In this document: piece after piece, positions 9,170-17,907 of the stretch
Numbering within the stretch: position 1 is the first letter of the stretch
How the letters are laid out: every line of letters begins with the position of its first letter
IMG/VR virus record: IMGVR_UViG_3300032516_000005
Length of the DNA: 64,000 bases
DNA from: a virus
Strand: one strand, 5' to 3'
The notes under the pieces: generated by a model
What the model saw: only the letters and a program-made list of their open reading frames with translations
Database searches by the model: none
What the model was told of the DNA's origin: nothing
Made by a program: the position numbers and the translations under genes

Positions 9170-9922
9170 GTGCTCTTCACGACGTACAACGGCGTTGGCG
9201 GATTCGGATCGGTGATCCACGGATTCGGTGCTCCACGCACGTTCATCAAGGGTACCGACTTCAACTGCAATCAGTACATCTGCTACGGCATCGGACCGAA
9301 CCACCAGCTGTTCAAGGATCTCCAAACGACGCTTAACCGTTACGGGCAAACGTTTGGTTCGTTCAAACCGCTTCTCGTTGACGGCTTCATCGGTGACTCG
9401 ACGGTGAAGGCTGTCGCCATTGCCGCAGCGACAGCGAACATCGCGTCGCTTGGAATGACGCGGGAAGCCGTTGCCGCGAACGCGCCTGCACTGATCGAGC
9501 AGCTGACTGCTTTCCTGGTGCCGGTTGTGCCAACGCAGCCGATACAACCTCCGATCGTCGTCACGCAGCAACAGCCACAGCCCGCGCAACCGGCACGACC
9601 TCAACCCGTACAACCGGGTCAGCTTTCGCCGCAACCCGCGCCACCGCCCGCGCAACCCACGCCAGTCACGCACCCTGGTGCGCAGACGACACCCTCACCT
9701 GGTGCGCAGACGCCACCCGCCGCATCGTTAGTGCCGCTGACACCGACAGCGTCCAAGATCCCGACGTGGGTCTGGATCACTGCAGGCGTCACAGGTGCCG
9801 TCGTGGTCGGCCTGGTCGGCTTCGCGTTGCGCAAGCCGGCACCTGAAGCGCTTGGCCGCGACGATGACTACGATTACGACGACTACGGTTACGGTTCTCG
9901 CTACCGGCGCCGTTGGTGGTAA
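9170..9922 (+). CDS. peptidoglycan-binding-like domain protein with C-terminal TM anchor (paralog 2)
   Basis: FNCNQYICYG...LQTTLN...VDGFIGDST; PQ-rich linker; TM. Confidence 0.8.
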   Translation: MLFTTYNGVGGFGSVIHGFGAPRTFIKGTDFNCNQYICYGIGPNHQLFKDLQTTLNRYGQTFGSFKPLLVDGFIGDSTVKAVAIAAATANIASLGMTREAVAANAPALIEQLTAFLVPVVPTQPIQPPIVVTQQQPQPAQPARPQPVQPGQLSPQPAPPPAQPTPVTHPGAQTTPSPGAQTPPAASLVPLTPTASKIPTWVWITAGVTGAVVVGLVGFALRKPAPEALGRDDDYDYDDYGYGSRYRRRWW

Positions 9923-9925
9923 CAC

Positions 9926-10501
9926 ATGTTCGGCATGCTCACACAGAACGTCAACTTCAAGTGCAACGAGGTGATCTGCTACGGCGTCGGAGCTGTGCAC
10001 GAACAGTTCAAGACGTTGCAGGCAATGATCAACGCATTCGCTGCGCGAGGCGGCTTCGCGCCGCTCGATGTCGATGGCTTCATCGGTGACAAGACCATCG
10101 TTGCTGCCAACGCTGTTGCTCAAGTCACGGGCATACCGTCGCCAGGGACGACATGGCCGGCGCTCGCCGCCAACGCGCTGGCGTTCATGGCGCAACTTCA
10201 AGGCTTCCTGAGCACGGCATCGCCGCAAGCGCTCACCACAACCGCTGCAGCACCGCCGCCCGAGATCACGGCGACTGTCCAGCAAGTGGTCACGGCGTGC
10301 CGTGTCAGCAAGCAAGATCCAACGTGTGCGAAGGCCACGTTGATGTGTCAGCAGGTTCACGGGACGCCTGCAGCCAAGCTCGCCGACGTCGTGCAGATCT
10401 GCGGAGCCGTCCGAGGTCGCACGTGGATCTGGTGGGTCGTCGGCGGGGTCGCTGCAGCGACCGGCGTCGGTCTCGTGCTCTACCATCGAAAACGCCCGTA
10501 A
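9926..10501 (+). CDS. peptidoglycan-binding-like domain protein with C-terminal TM anchor (paralog 3)
   Basis: FKCNEVICYG...LQAMIN...VDGFIGDKT; TM plus HRKRP. Confidence 0.8.
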   Translation: MFGMLTQNVNFKCNEVICYGVGAVHEQFKTLQAMINAFAARGGFAPLDVDGFIGDKTIVAANAVAQVTGIPSPGTTWPALAANALAFMAQLQGFLSTASPQALTTTAAAPPPEITATVQQVVTACRVSKQDPTCAKATLMCQQVHGTPAAKLADVVQICGAVRGRTWIWWVVGGVAAATGVGLVLYHRKRP

Positions 10502-10507
10502 CCAGTC

Positions 10508-10523
10508 GATCGCATCCGCGATC
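10508..10523. promoter_or_regulatory. GATC-N8-GATC palindrome
   Basis: GATCGCATCCGCGATC-10nt-TAGGCT-5nt-ATG. Confidence 0.8.
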
Positions 10524-10544
10524 GGGGTTGTGGTAGGCTGGCCC

Positions 10545-11477
10545 ATGCTCGTAAGCAGCTATGTCAACGGCTTCGGCGCTGCCAGCTTCGGTCAGGCGCG
10601 ATCATTGTTCGAGGTCGCTGCCATCGCGGTGCAGCGTGCACAAAGTCCGGGGGGCGGCTTCGGCAACGCCTTCGGCCTGGCAACGAGCTTCGAGGCCTTC
10701 ACAGCTGCTTCTGCTGCACGGCGTCCTGAGACCTTCGTGTCCTCCGGGGTGTTCTGTCGCGTACCAGATGTCCGTGGCCTGTTCAGCATCGAGTGTTTCG
10801 CGAACGCGAAGCGTGGCCCCGCTGATGATCCCGCCAAGGCGTTGCAACGGGCCACCGACCTGCTCATGAATCAGATCCCGCTGTTCGAAGATACGCGCAC
10901 GGCGCAACAGCGTGGGGAGCCGATCAAAGTCAAGCTGCCGGACGGGTCGACCGAAGCTGTCCGCATCCCGGCGTTCCCTATGAACCCGGTGCTCTCGATT
11001 GGTGGCGGGTATGACGGACTCATCGGCGGTGGCACGATGCAGTTTGCTGCACCCGCGATGCTTCTGGCCGGCGCGTTGTCGGCGCCACCTCCCAGTGTCG
11101 TGCCCGCGTTCGCGTCGCCGACAGCGTTCACGTTCACGCGAGACGCGGGTGCAATCGCAGGCTACTTCACCCAGGTTGCGAACAACTTCGGACGTCTCTT
11201 GGCCGAGATGAAGGCGCGTGGCAACACACCTGCCGTGACACCGCTCGTTCCCGAGACCGTGATCGTTCGTCCCGACAGTGTCGAAGTGAAAAAGCGCTCC
11301 CTCGCGCCTATCATCGGAGCCGCTGCTGCGATGATCGGTCTCACTGCAATCGGCGCCGTCGCAGCCGCGAAACACAAGCCTGCGATGGCCTACGAAGACG
11401 ACCTCCCGAGCCCTGCATTCGGTCGCCGTCGCCACCACAGCCGTGGGCACCACGGACTGCGGCCGCGAGGCTGGTGA
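10545..11477 (+). CDS. C-terminally anchored membrane protein (divergent PG-binding-like)
   Basis: ALQRATD...YDGLIGGGT; TM; ends AFGRRRHH; leaderless-type start. Confidence 0.75.
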   Translation: MLVSSYVNGFGAASFGQARSLFEVAAIAVQRAQSPGGGFGNAFGLATSFEAFTAASAARRPETFVSSGVFCRVPDVRGLFSIECFANAKRGPADDPAKALQRATDLLMNQIPLFEDTRTAQQRGEPIKVKLPDGSTEAVRIPAFPMNPVLSIGGGYDGLIGGGTMQFAAPAMLLAGALSAPPPSVVPAFASPTAFTFTRDAGAIAGYFTQVANNFGRLLAEMKARGNTPAVTPLVPETVIVRPDSVEVKKRSLAPIIGAAAAMIGLTAIGAVAAAKHKPAMAYEDDLPSPAFGRRRHHSRGHHGLRPRGW

Positions 11478-11480
11478 ACC

Positions 11481-11927
11481 GTGATCGTCGCACAGTTCGG
11501 TGAGAGCGCGAACACGCTCGTCAAACAGTGGAAGGGCGGCTACCGCAACGGCTTCCCGACCTTCCGTGCCGCTGAGCCACCCGTGCGGCCGATGCACTAC
11601 GACCAGAGCCAGATTTACTCGGGCGTGATCGGTCGCCAGTACGAAGACAGCACCAACCGCTACATGTACCTGTACGACCCGAACATGTACCTGCAGCCGG
11701 GGTTCAGTGGTTTTGGGGCAGCCGACGGCATGTCAACTCAGACCAAGATCGCGATCGGCGTCGGCGCGGGTGTGCTTGTGCTCGGTGCTGCTTTGTTGGC
11801 GCGCCACCAGCTCGCGCAGGAACATGTCGATCCGTATGAGCGGCACCGTACGACGCGCAAATTTGCGCCACGTTGGGCCAGTGAATCAGGTGAGACGTAT
11901 CGTGCAGGTCGGCGTCTGCGTAGGTAG
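11481..11927 (+). CDS. single-TM protein with basic tail
   Basis: KIAIGVGAGVLVLGAALL TM; FG motifs. Confidence 0.75.
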   Translation: MIVAQFGESANTLVKQWKGGYRNGFPTFRAAEPPVRPMHYDQSQIYSGVIGRQYEDSTNRYMYLYDPNMYLQPGFSGFGAADGMSTQTKIAIGVGAGVLVLGAALLARHQLAQEHVDPYERHRTTRKFAPRWASESGETYRAGRRLRR

Positions 11928-11974
11928 CGTACGACTACTAGCGTGGGCACTAAAGCGCGAGTATAATCGCACGC

Positions 11975-12214
11975 GTGAGCACACGAACCAAGCGTCCGAC
12001 GCGGTCGCGCCAAGCTTCCAGTCGCGCCAGCGATCGCATTTCGCACCTGCACGTCGTCGTTGATGACGAGCTGCGTACCAAGCTGGAAGCGTACGCACGC
12101 AAACGTGACGGCAAGCCCCCGTCCAAGCACTACGACCGGAAGCCAAACCTCTCGGCGGCTGTTCGTGATCTGCTCCGATCGTCGCTGGGTCTGCCCGCCG
12201 CTGAAGCTGCGTAG
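11975..12214 (+). CDS. ribbon-helix-helix DNA-binding protein
   Basis: HLHVVVDDELRTKLEAYA...NLSAAVRDLL; TATAAT 7 nt upstream of GTG. Confidence 0.7.
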   Translation: MSTRTKRPTRSRQASSRASDRISHLHVVVDDELRTKLEAYARKRDGKPPSKHYDRKPNLSAAVRDLLRSSLGLPAAEAA

Positions 12215-12216
12215 AC

Positions 12217-12232
12217 GATCGCGGACACGATC
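12217..12232. promoter_or_regulatory. GATC-N8-GATC palindrome
   Basis: GATCGCGGACACGATC-9nt-TACCGT-6nt-ATG. Confidence 0.8.
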
Positions 12233-12253
12233 ACCCTGTGATACCGTTAGGGC

Positions 12254-12730
12254 ATGCTGCAACGGCGCATGCCCTACATCCCCAACGGCAAGTCCAAGGG
12301 ACGCCGCCCGAGCGACTTCGATCCCAGTCAACTGACGGTCGGGACCGAGGTCGAGATGGAACACACAACCAATCGCCGTGTCGCACAGCGCATCGCGATG
12401 GATCACCTAACCGAGGACCGCAGCTACTACAAGAAGCTCGCGAAGATCCACCTCGATGGCCGTCAACGCCGTGGACACAACTTCGGTGACGCTGCCTGCT
12501 CACACACTTCGCGCGTGGTTCGCGGTGGTGTGGGTGCCCTGATCGGCGGCGTCATCGGCGGCATGATCGGCGGCGGCGTGGCATTGGCCGTCACGACGTC
12601 GCAGTTCGAGGTCGCGCACCCGATCGAGACTGTAAAACGCGCCAAGACCATGGGGTTGGTTGCAATGGGCATCGCGGTCCTCGGCGCCGTTGGTGGCCTC
12701 ATGGCGGGTTCTGCAAAGCCGGAGTGCTGA
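12254..12730 (+). CDS. DUF5661-like domain fused to a Gly-rich TM hairpin ending PEC
   Basis: GTEVEMEH...AQRIAMDHLTED..YY.KL, then NFG and a glycine-zipper hairpin. Confidence 0.8.
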   Translation: MLQRRMPYIPNGKSKGRRPSDFDPSQLTVGTEVEMEHTTNRRVAQRIAMDHLTEDRSYYKKLAKIHLDGRQRRGHNFGDAACSHTSRVVRGGVGALIGGVIGGMIGGGVALAVTTSQFEVAHPIETVKRAKTMGLVAMGIAVLGAVGGLMAGSAKPEC

Positions 12731-12731
12731 A

Positions 12732-12995
12732 ATGAAACGTCGTCGTCAGCTCGGCATCGAAATCAAGTGCACGCAGTCACCGCGCTGGGCTCGCGGTATC
12801 GGCGGCATGCTCGTCGGTAGCGCGGCCGGCGCAATCTTGGGCGTTTTGGTCGGCGGTGCCGTCGGCGTCAACCGGCTCACGGATAACTCGTCAAAGAACG
12901 CGCCGGTCCGCGGTGCACTCCTCGCCGCATTCGGGCTCACGATCACGGGCGCGGTCGTCGGTGCTGTTGCCGGTACCGTCCCTCCAGAGTGCTGA
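12732..12995 (+). CDS. glycine-zipper TM hairpin protein ending PEC
   Basis: MKRRRQLG leader; paralog of neighbours. Confidence 0.8.
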   Translation: MKRRRQLGIEIKCTQSPRWARGIGGMLVGSAAGAILGVLVGGAVGVNRLTDNSSKNAPVRGALLAAFGLTITGAVVGAVAGTVPPEC

Positions 12996-13213
12996 TGGAC
13001 GAGCAGTGCTCACCCAAGTCACGTGGTGCACGCGCCGTTGATGGCGCACTGCTCGGCGCTGTCGTCGGGATCTTGAGCGGCGCGATCATGAGCGCCCTCA
13101 TTCTCGGAGTCGATCGCAGTGCCAAGAAGGGTGCCTTGGTCGTCTCGCTGGGCATCTTCGGGTTCGCCGTCGTTGGTCAAGCGATCGCAACAGCTGCACC
13201 GCCCGAGTGCTAG
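12995..13213 (+). CDS. glycine-zipper TM hairpin protein ending PEC
   Basis: TGATG coupling; paralog of neighbours. Confidence 0.8.
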   Translation: MDEQCSPKSRGARAVDGALLGAVVGILSGAIMSALILGVDRSAKKGALVVSLGIFGFAVVGQAIATAAPPEC

Positions 13214-13283
13214 CGTGGCGCTCTCAGCGCGGTTCACAGTGCGAAGTCGTCCATCTGTTGCGTCGCGAGTTCCCTGAGCGCCA

Positions 13284-13478
13284 TCACTTATTCTGCTCCC
13301 ATCGAATGAGGGCGCGGAGGCGACGCGCCGGAACTTCCTGTTCTCGCTTGAGGTGTCCACGAACGATCCAGTGCCAGCTCGGGCGATCGCTCGCGCGCAC
13401 GTAGCGTGCGTTGTTCCACGACGCATGACGGCCGGCATCCCTGTACTCGATGAGCTGGCCTGGGTAGAAGGTCTTCAC
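13284..13478 (-). CDS. small SH3/Tudor-like hypothetical protein
   Basis: GTGA overlap; KTFYPGQLIEY start pattern. Confidence 0.55.
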   Translation of the reverse strand: MKTFYPGQLIEYRDAGRHASWNNARYVRASDRPSWHWIVRGHLKREQEVPARRLRALIRWEQNK

Positions 13479-13621
13479 AGCTTGAACTGTCGACAGCCGG
13501 CGATGCCCCAGTGTGCCTGGCCGGTACGTCCACAGCGCTTGCACAGCGCACGGTAGTCGTTGCCGCCAACACCGCGTACGAACCACCGCAGACTCGCCAA
13601 GATGCGCTTGATCATCGTCAT
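13475..13621 (-). CDS. 48-aa hypothetical protein with CxxC
   Basis: Translated by hand (MTMIKRILAS...CKRCG..HW...C); fills the operon gap. Confidence 0.5.
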   Translation of the reverse strand: MTMIKRILASLRWFVRGVGGNDYRALCKRCGRTGQAHWGIAGCRQFKL

Positions 13622-13624
13622 GGC

Positions 13625-13849
13625 CTAATCCTTCCCCGGTCCTTCGTCGTCGCGCCACACGTCGAGTGCCTCTGCGGCAGCCTCCATAGCGTTCTGCGCC
13701 GCGGTCAGCTCGGCGTCGGCCGTCGCGATGAGATCATCGTCGGCGTCAGCCGGGAGTTTGTTGTGGACGTCGAACGCGGTGTACAGCCGCTCGCCGGCAT
13801 CGCGTTGGCGCTGGCGTAGTCGATCGAGGCCGACGGTGTTACGTCTCAC
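13625..13849 (-). CDS. hypothetical coiled-coil protein
   Basis: GTGA coupling in a minus-strand operon. Confidence 0.6.
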   Translation of the reverse strand: MRRNTVGLDRLRQRQRDAGERLYTAFDVHNKLPADADDDLIATADAELTAAQNAMEAAAEALDVWRDDEGPGKD

Positions 13850-14334
13850 AGCGCACCGCCTGGCGTCGCCAGGTACAGCGCCAGTGACCGCACGCCGTTG
13901 GTTTGCGTGAGTGCCTCTGCGCCATGCTGGGTGAGCCACGCAATGATGTTTGTCTCGATCACGAGGCGCGCGTTGTTGATGCTCGCCTGGTGCGCGGCAG
14001 TTTCGCGCTCGGCGCACTCGACCTCGTGGCGCCAGTCGGTGAAGACCTGAAACGCAGCGCAGATGTCACGCGCGATCATGTGGTGCAGACACTCGATTGC
14101 GGTCTTCAGTGACGTCGTGTAGTCGTTCACCCTCGGCCAGTGCCGATGCGACAGGCGATGGAACCCGCGGCCTCGGGTCAGGTCCGTGATCCACCGGCGC
14201 GTGGGCGCATCACCGGACCCGTAGCCCGTGTGCACGGTCTTGTGGATCTTGAACTGACCGCTCGTGGACAGGTACGCGCCGTCGGCTTGCTTGGCGAACT
14301 GGATCGGCGCTGTCTTGATGTCGAAGTCGATCAT
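13846..14334 (-). CDS. hypothetical protein
   Basis: GAGGAG SD, ATGA coupling. Confidence 0.7.
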   Translation of the reverse strand: MIDFDIKTAPIQFAKQADGAYLSTSGQFKIHKTVHTGYGSGDAPTRRWITDLTRGRGFHRLSHRHWPRVNDYTTSLKTAIECLHHMIARDICAAFQVFTDWRHEVECAERETAAHQASINNARLVIETNIIAWLTQHGAEALTQTNGVRSLALYLATPGGAL

Positions 14335-14663
14335 GACTTGACTCCTCGCACGTAGAACCGCCCGAGGTCGGACAAGAAAACCCAGTGCTCCCCGCGAATC
14401 CGTGCGTGCTCGACGAGTGCACCACGCTTCTTTTCGATGCACGTGAGATCGCGCTTGTGGTTGTGCGTGATTTCGCGCATCCGCCGCCCGCCGTTCGGGC
14501 TTTGGCTGATCCACTCCAGGGTATAGCCCTGATCGCCCGTCAGCCATGAGCCAGGCAGCTCGACCAGCGCGCGCAGGTACGTCACGCGGTCGAGCAGCGA
14601 CTGCGATGGATACGTGACCAGCTCGGCTTCGGCGCGCTTGAGCTGAAGTTTGTAGCCTTGCAC
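14331..14663 (-). CDS. hypothetical protein
   Basis: Coupled ORF in operon. Confidence 0.6.
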   Translation of the reverse strand: MQGYKLQLKRAEAELVTYPSQSLLDRVTYLRALVELPGSWLTGDQGYTLEWISQSPNGGRRMREITHNHKRDLTCIEKKRGALVEHARIRGEHWVFLSDLGRFYVRGVKS

Positions 14664-14665
14664 GA

Positions 14666-15112
14666 CTAGTAGCCCCCGCCGTCCGCGCACTCGGGACCGA
14701 GACCGCGCGCGATGCTCTCGGGCACCGTCAGCGCGAGCCCGCAGCGCCCGCACTTGCCCTCGTGCCAGACCTCGCACCCAGGCGGCAGCTCGCCCTTCGC
14801 GATGAACGACCAGGCCCACGCAAAGCCCTTGGCCGACGAAGCCTCGGACGTGACAGTCGATTTGCGGCCGTGGCGGTAGGTGACGCCGTCCTCGAAGATC
14901 GTCCCGAGGAACGTGTAGTCGTCGTTGTTGTTGCGGCCCGTCAGGACCGACACGAACCACGGCGGCGTCGGAGCCTCGCCCTTCGCGACCTTTTTAGCCT
15001 TGATGCGGAACGTGAACCGCGTGCCCGTCTTGACGCTGACCAGGGTCAGGCGCGCCTTGCCGGCGAGCGCGAAGGTCCGAGCAGCGGTTCCGGTAGCGAT
15101 CTGGGTGGTCAT
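14666..15112 (-). CDS. DUF6011-type zinc-finger protein
   Basis: HEGKCGRCGLALTVPESIARGLGPEC; AGGAG SD. Confidence 0.85.
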   Translation of the reverse strand: MTTQIATGTAARTFALAGKARLTLVSVKTGTRFTFRIKAKKVAKGEAPTPPWFVSVLTGRNNNDDYTFLGTIFEDGVTYRHGRKSTVTSEASSAKGFAWAWSFIAKGELPPGCEVWHEGKCGRCGLALTVPESIARGLGPECADGGGY

Positions 15113-15155
15113 AGTCAATTCTCCTGTGCCCCTATGACGTCGGGGCGGGACGCCC

Positions 15156-15173
15156 ATTCAAACAAAGCGAGAG
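15156..15173 (-). promoter_or_regulatory. early-type upstream element CTCTCGCTTTGTTTGAAT
   Basis: Identical copy at 16146; upstream of the start at 15112. Confidence 0.75.
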
Positions 15174-15181
15174 TTACTTGC

Positions 15182-16117
15182 TCAGGCCTTGCGGGGGAAC
15201 GCCTGGGGCGTCCAAGTGTCGATTTTCTCAGTCAAATCGGCAATGTGTCGGGTCAGGGACGTGATGTGCCCTTCCAGCGTCAGGCGCTGGGACGCGATCT
15301 CCTGCTTGAACTCGCGCGATCCCTTCAGCGCCGTCGCGTACTCGGGCACGTACTGCCCGTGCCGCAGCCCCGGGCGCGTCTCGTACGTGCCTCGGCCGGT
15401 CTGGTACTGGACCTTGGTGAGCGTCGCGAGGCCCGCCAGCTGGCCCTGGCGCAGCTTCAGCGAGCTTTGGACGATGCCCCGGTACATCTTGGTCCCCTCG
15501 CACGAGACCTCGTAGGGCGCGTAGCCAACGCCGTAGCAGTCCCCGTGGATCATGCCGTCGCCGGGTCGCTCGTAGCCGTGGTGAACCATCTTGGCCCCAG
15601 TGGTCTTGTCGGCAATGTAGTCGCCGAAGCAGCACGGGCAGATCCCGCAACGCTGGCCACGATCCTCGAAGTCCTTCGCGACCTTCGCGACCTTCGCGCG
15701 GGTCTTCGCACCCTCGCGCGCGAGCTTGGCGATCACTTCGATCGCCTTGCGGACGGTGCGAACGAAGCGGTAGCCCTCGCTGGTCTGGTCGAAGCGCAGC
15801 GTGTGCCACGAGCCGTCGGCGTAGCGCGCGACGTAACGCGCCTTGGTCTCGGGGTCGAGCGCGCAGGTCTGCGAGTCGAAGCCGTCGGGCTTGACGTCGT
15901 CGATCTTCTGCACGAGCAACTCGTCGCGGTAGAGGCCGCGCACGACGTACTCCTGGTGCTTTTTGAAGTTGCCGCCGTAGCCGCCCTTCGAGTGCACGAT
16001 GAACGGCGGGCACGCGGTGTAGCGCGTCGCGCGCTTGTCCATGACCGTCGTCGTCGCCGGCACGGCGTGGTACGCGCGCGGCCAGGTCTCGGGGGTCTCG
16101 ATGTAGTAGGTGGTCAT
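15182..16117 (-). CDS. hypothetical phage protein
   Basis: High-GC3 ORF; CGICPCC...HHGY..PG.G...G.C.G motif. Confidence 0.8.
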   Translation of the reverse strand: MTTYYIETPETWPRAYHAVPATTTVMDKRATRYTACPPFIVHSKGGYGGNFKKHQEYVVRGLYRDELLVQKIDDVKPDGFDSQTCALDPETKARYVARYADGSWHTLRFDQTSEGYRFVRTVRKAIEVIAKLAREGAKTRAKVAKVAKDFEDRGQRCGICPCCFGDYIADKTTGAKMVHHGYERPGDGMIHGDCYGVGYAPYEVSCEGTKMYRGIVQSSLKLRQGQLAGLATLTKVQYQTGRGTYETRPGLRHGQYVPEYATALKGSREFKQEIASQRLTLEGHITSLTRHIADLTEKIDTWTPQAFPRKA

Positions 16118-16145
16118 GGCGGTAGGACGGGTGCTTAGGGCAGGT

Positions 16146-16163
16146 ATTCAAACAAAGCGAGAG
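16146..16163 (-). promoter_or_regulatory. early-type upstream element CTCTCGCTTTGTTTGAAT
   Basis: Upstream of the start at 16117. Confidence 0.75.
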
Positions 16164-16342
16164 TTAGTGGCCAGGCCAGGTGCGCGACGCACTACGTCGA
16201 CACCGCTACAGTTGAGCGATCGGTCGAGGTGTTTGTCGCCGTCCGCAACGGCAGCGTTGCCGTCGCGGTACCAGCGGCCATGCCGCTTGCAGGTCCGGCA
16301 CTCGTACCGGAGGAAGTGGTTCGCGGTGGTCGTCATGGTCAT
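16148..16342 (-). CDS. small CxxC/His protein
   Basis: GAGGAG SD. Confidence 0.6.
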   Translation of the reverse strand: MTMTTTANHFLRYECRTCKRHGRWYRDGNAAVADGDKHLDRSLNCSGVDVVRRAPGLATNSRFV

Positions 16343-16347
16343 GCTCC

Positions 16348-16890
16348 TCAAGTCAGTTCGTCCATGTGGGACGCCTGCATGTCGTCGTTGTGTTCTTCAT
16401 CGCCGAACGCGTGCCCGCAGGAGCACTTGACCATCACGGTCGCGTGGTAGCCGTAGAACGTCTTCGTCCCGCGGCCCTTGCCCTCGGTCCGCGAAGTCTG
16501 CTCGGCCTCGACCTCGACCTCCAGCTCGCACGCCTCGTGCGCATCCTCGAAGGCTTCGCGCGTCGCCGCCTGGCAGGTGCAGTGCTCGGACGCCTGACCA
16601 GCACACGCGGAGCATGCCAGCTGCGCCTTGGCCAACGCGTCAGCGAGCTTGTCGACCTTGGCCTCAGCCACGGTCTTCGCGTGCGCCGCGACGACCTCGG
16701 TCATGTCGACGTCGAGATCAAAGTTCGCCTCCTTGAGTTCCGTCCCGCACTCGGCGCAGGTCAGGTAGACCCGCACCGTTCCCGAGACGCGGCCCTCGGC
16801 ATCGACGTCCGCGTCGTCCGCTTCGGGGTCGTTCGAGTCGTCGAACGAGACGAACTTGTTACAGTCGGAGCAGCGCATTACGGTCCCCAC
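16348..16890 (-). CDS. acidic multi-CxxC (zinc ribbon) protein
   Basis: CSDC, CAEC, CSAC, CSC. Confidence 0.75.
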   Translation of the reverse strand: MGTVMRCSDCNKFVSFDDSNDPEADDADVDAEGRVSGTVRVYLTCAECGTELKEANFDLDVDMTEVVAAHAKTVAEAKVDKLADALAKAQLACSACAGQASEHCTCQAATREAFEDAHEACELEVEVEAEQTSRTEGKGRGTKTFYGYHATVMVKCSCGHAFGDEEHNDDMQASHMDELT

Positions 16891-17294
16891 TTCGCCGTGA
16901 ACGCTTCGTGGGCGGCGTCTTCGCCCATCTTCGCGTCATGCACGGCTCGGTAGTCGGTATCCGTGCCGCTCGCGTTTGCCACGAGTGCGGCGCGCACTGC
17001 AGCCGCGGTGGCTCGCATAAGCACGTCGAGGTCAGCCCTGAATTCTTGCTTCTTGTTCATGGTCAGCTCCTTGCTTGCTTGTACGACGGTCAGGCCAGGC
17101 ACCATGCAGGCGTCTAGGAATGCCGCCCGGTCAAACGTTTTGTGCCGTGCAGTCATGGCGTCAGCCATGTGGCGCGCGACGACGTTGAGCGTCTCGATCG
17201 CCGTTCGCACGTGCTCGCTCGTATAGGCGGTTTGTGCATGGGCGCGCGCATACGAAAATGCAAGTGCGATCGCGGCGACGTCTTTCGGCGACAC
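16878..17294 (-). CDS. hypothetical protein (possible internal start at 17060)
   Basis: ORF; AAGGAG precedes internal MNKKQ. Confidence 0.6.
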   Translation of the reverse strand: MSPKDVAAIALAFSYARAHAQTAYTSEHVRTAIETLNVVARHMADAMTARHKTFDRAAFLDACMVPGLTVVQASKELTMNKKQEFRADLDVLMRATAAAVRAALVANASGTDTDYRAVHDAKMGEDAAHEAFTAKWGP

Positions 17295-17296
17295 GA

Positions 17297-17572
17297 CTAG
17301 ACCTTTCCCGTCGGCCTGATCATCGCGTTGATGTCTGCCGCAGCGTCTGCCGCAGCAACAATCGCGACATGTTCGGCGCTGGCACGAGCAGCGCTGGCAT
17401 GGGCGCGCACGGCGCGAGCCGCCAGCGCTTCGTGCGCCTTGATCACTGCAGCCAAGTGCGCTGCGCTTGTCTCGACTTGACGATCCAGTTCCCTGGCGTA
17501 CCCCACGGCGCTCTCGGCCGCGACGCGTGCGGCAAGCTGGGTTCGTTCAGTCTTGGTGAGACGACGCGACAT
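17297..17572 (-). CDS. Ala-rich hypothetical protein
   Basis: AAGGAG SD; first gene after the upstream element at 17649. Confidence 0.7.
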   Translation of the reverse strand: MSRRLTKTERTQLAARVAAESAVGYARELDRQVETSAAHLAAVIKAHEALAARAVRAHASAARASAEHVAIVAAADAAADINAMIRPTGKV

Positions 17573-17648
17573 GATTCACTCCTTAGCGAGAGCTTGTTGT
17601 CAGTAACAGTCGGGTTCCGCCTGTAAAGACGCCCGGTGACCGTCCTGT

Positions 17649-17666
17649 ATTCAAACAAGTCGAGAG
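17649..17666 (-). promoter_or_regulatory. early-type upstream element CTCTCGACTTGTTTGAAT
   Basis: Upstream of the start at 17572. Confidence 0.7.
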
Positions 17667-17765
17667 TAAGTGCACAATCTCGTAAGTATCTGTTTTCAGG
17701 CCCAAAAACAGGGCAGATCCCGCCTACTTGCGCGCAGAAGACCGGACGCCAGGCACGGGATCACT

Positions 17766-17903
17766 CCTGGGAATCGGCCTGGGAATCGGCCTGGGAATCG
17801 GCCTGGGAATCGGCCTGGGAATCGGCCTGGGAATCGGCCTGGGAATCGGCCTGGGAATCGGCCTGGGAATCGGCCTGGGAATCGGCCTGGGAATCGGCCT
17901 GGG
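17766..17903. repeat. perfect tandem repeat (CCTGGGAATCGG) x11.5
   Basis: Read directly; 12-bp unit, no spacers. Confidence 0.97.
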
Positions 17904-17907
17904 TCAG

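Noticed and set aside
8450-11927. Sortase, PEP-CTERM or MYXO-CTERM sorting signals
   Set aside because: TM plus basic tail is present, but there is no LPXTG, PEP or GC motif and no N-terminal signal peptide
14762-16138. Long antisense ORFs (e.g. 14762+, 8375-, 34581+, 47843-, 10602-)
   Set aside because: Shadow frames of high-GC3 genes on the opposite strand; Arg/Ala-rich with no motifs
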